A stretch of 64,000 nucleotides of DNA, taken from Ancylonema sp. Taxonomy: Eukaryota. Position numbers and translations under genes: made by a program. Below the pieces are notes generated by a model. It made no database searches, had not been told where the DNA came from, and saw only the letters and a program-made list of their open reading frames with translations. Position 1 is the first letter of the stretch. The number at the start of each line of letters is the position of its first letter. Below are positions 63,776-64,000 of the stretch, one piece after another. Location: positions 1 to 64,000 of the forward strand of contig JBFLGF010000080.1 in NCBI GenBank assembly GCA_050230475.1, given 5' to 3'.

Positions 63776-64000
63776 GGATCACCCCTCACCTCGGAACAAA
63801 GGTATTTACCAACCTCAACTCTGGGGGGGAGGGACACTAGATCCTCTGGTCAACAATTTTCAACCAAACCTGTGAGAGTCGCATTAGCGGCGGCTCTAGC
63901 TTATGGGAAAGCATTCATTCACAAACACAGATACACGCTGGAAGGGTTGGAAAGTGCAAGTATGAATATGAAGGAGTACAGGAGTTGATCAGGATGCATA

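Noticed and set aside
63871..64000. TGAGAG as start of a 3' LTR for the DNMT element
   Set aside because: Sequence after the first 6 bases does not match 57033-57227 or 57230-57828, and it is ~40 bp from the G-rich tract.

Overview
Eukaryotic nuclear DNA with GT-AG introns and plant-type genes. The gene set suggests a streptophyte alga or early-diverging plant (inference). Seven spliced host genes can be reconstructed by hand: F-box/JmjC (JMJ22-like), a REDFCGT-type SAM methyltransferase, Pol I subunit RPA12, an FeS-free APS/PAPS reductase, a clan-86 cytochrome P450, an EDEM/MNS4 alpha-mannosidase and a two-KH FUBP-like protein. They sit among nested MITEs (hAT and Tc1/mariner/pogo types), Ty3/Gypsy fragments and a decayed Ty1/copia. 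The most notable feature is at ~57-64 kb: a retroelement with gag zinc knuckles, an aspartic protease, a coiled-coil region and a C5 DNA-methyltransferase-fold domain. That domain's catalytic motifs I, IV, VI and VIII are all substituted while its structural motifs are kept, making it a candidate transposon-encoded pseudo-DNMT. A short LTR-like segment upstream of it shares its ends with the LTR of a Gypsy fragment at 9-11 kb whose integrase ends in a PHD finger. Two otherwise intact host genes each carry one in-frame TAG at a conserved codon.
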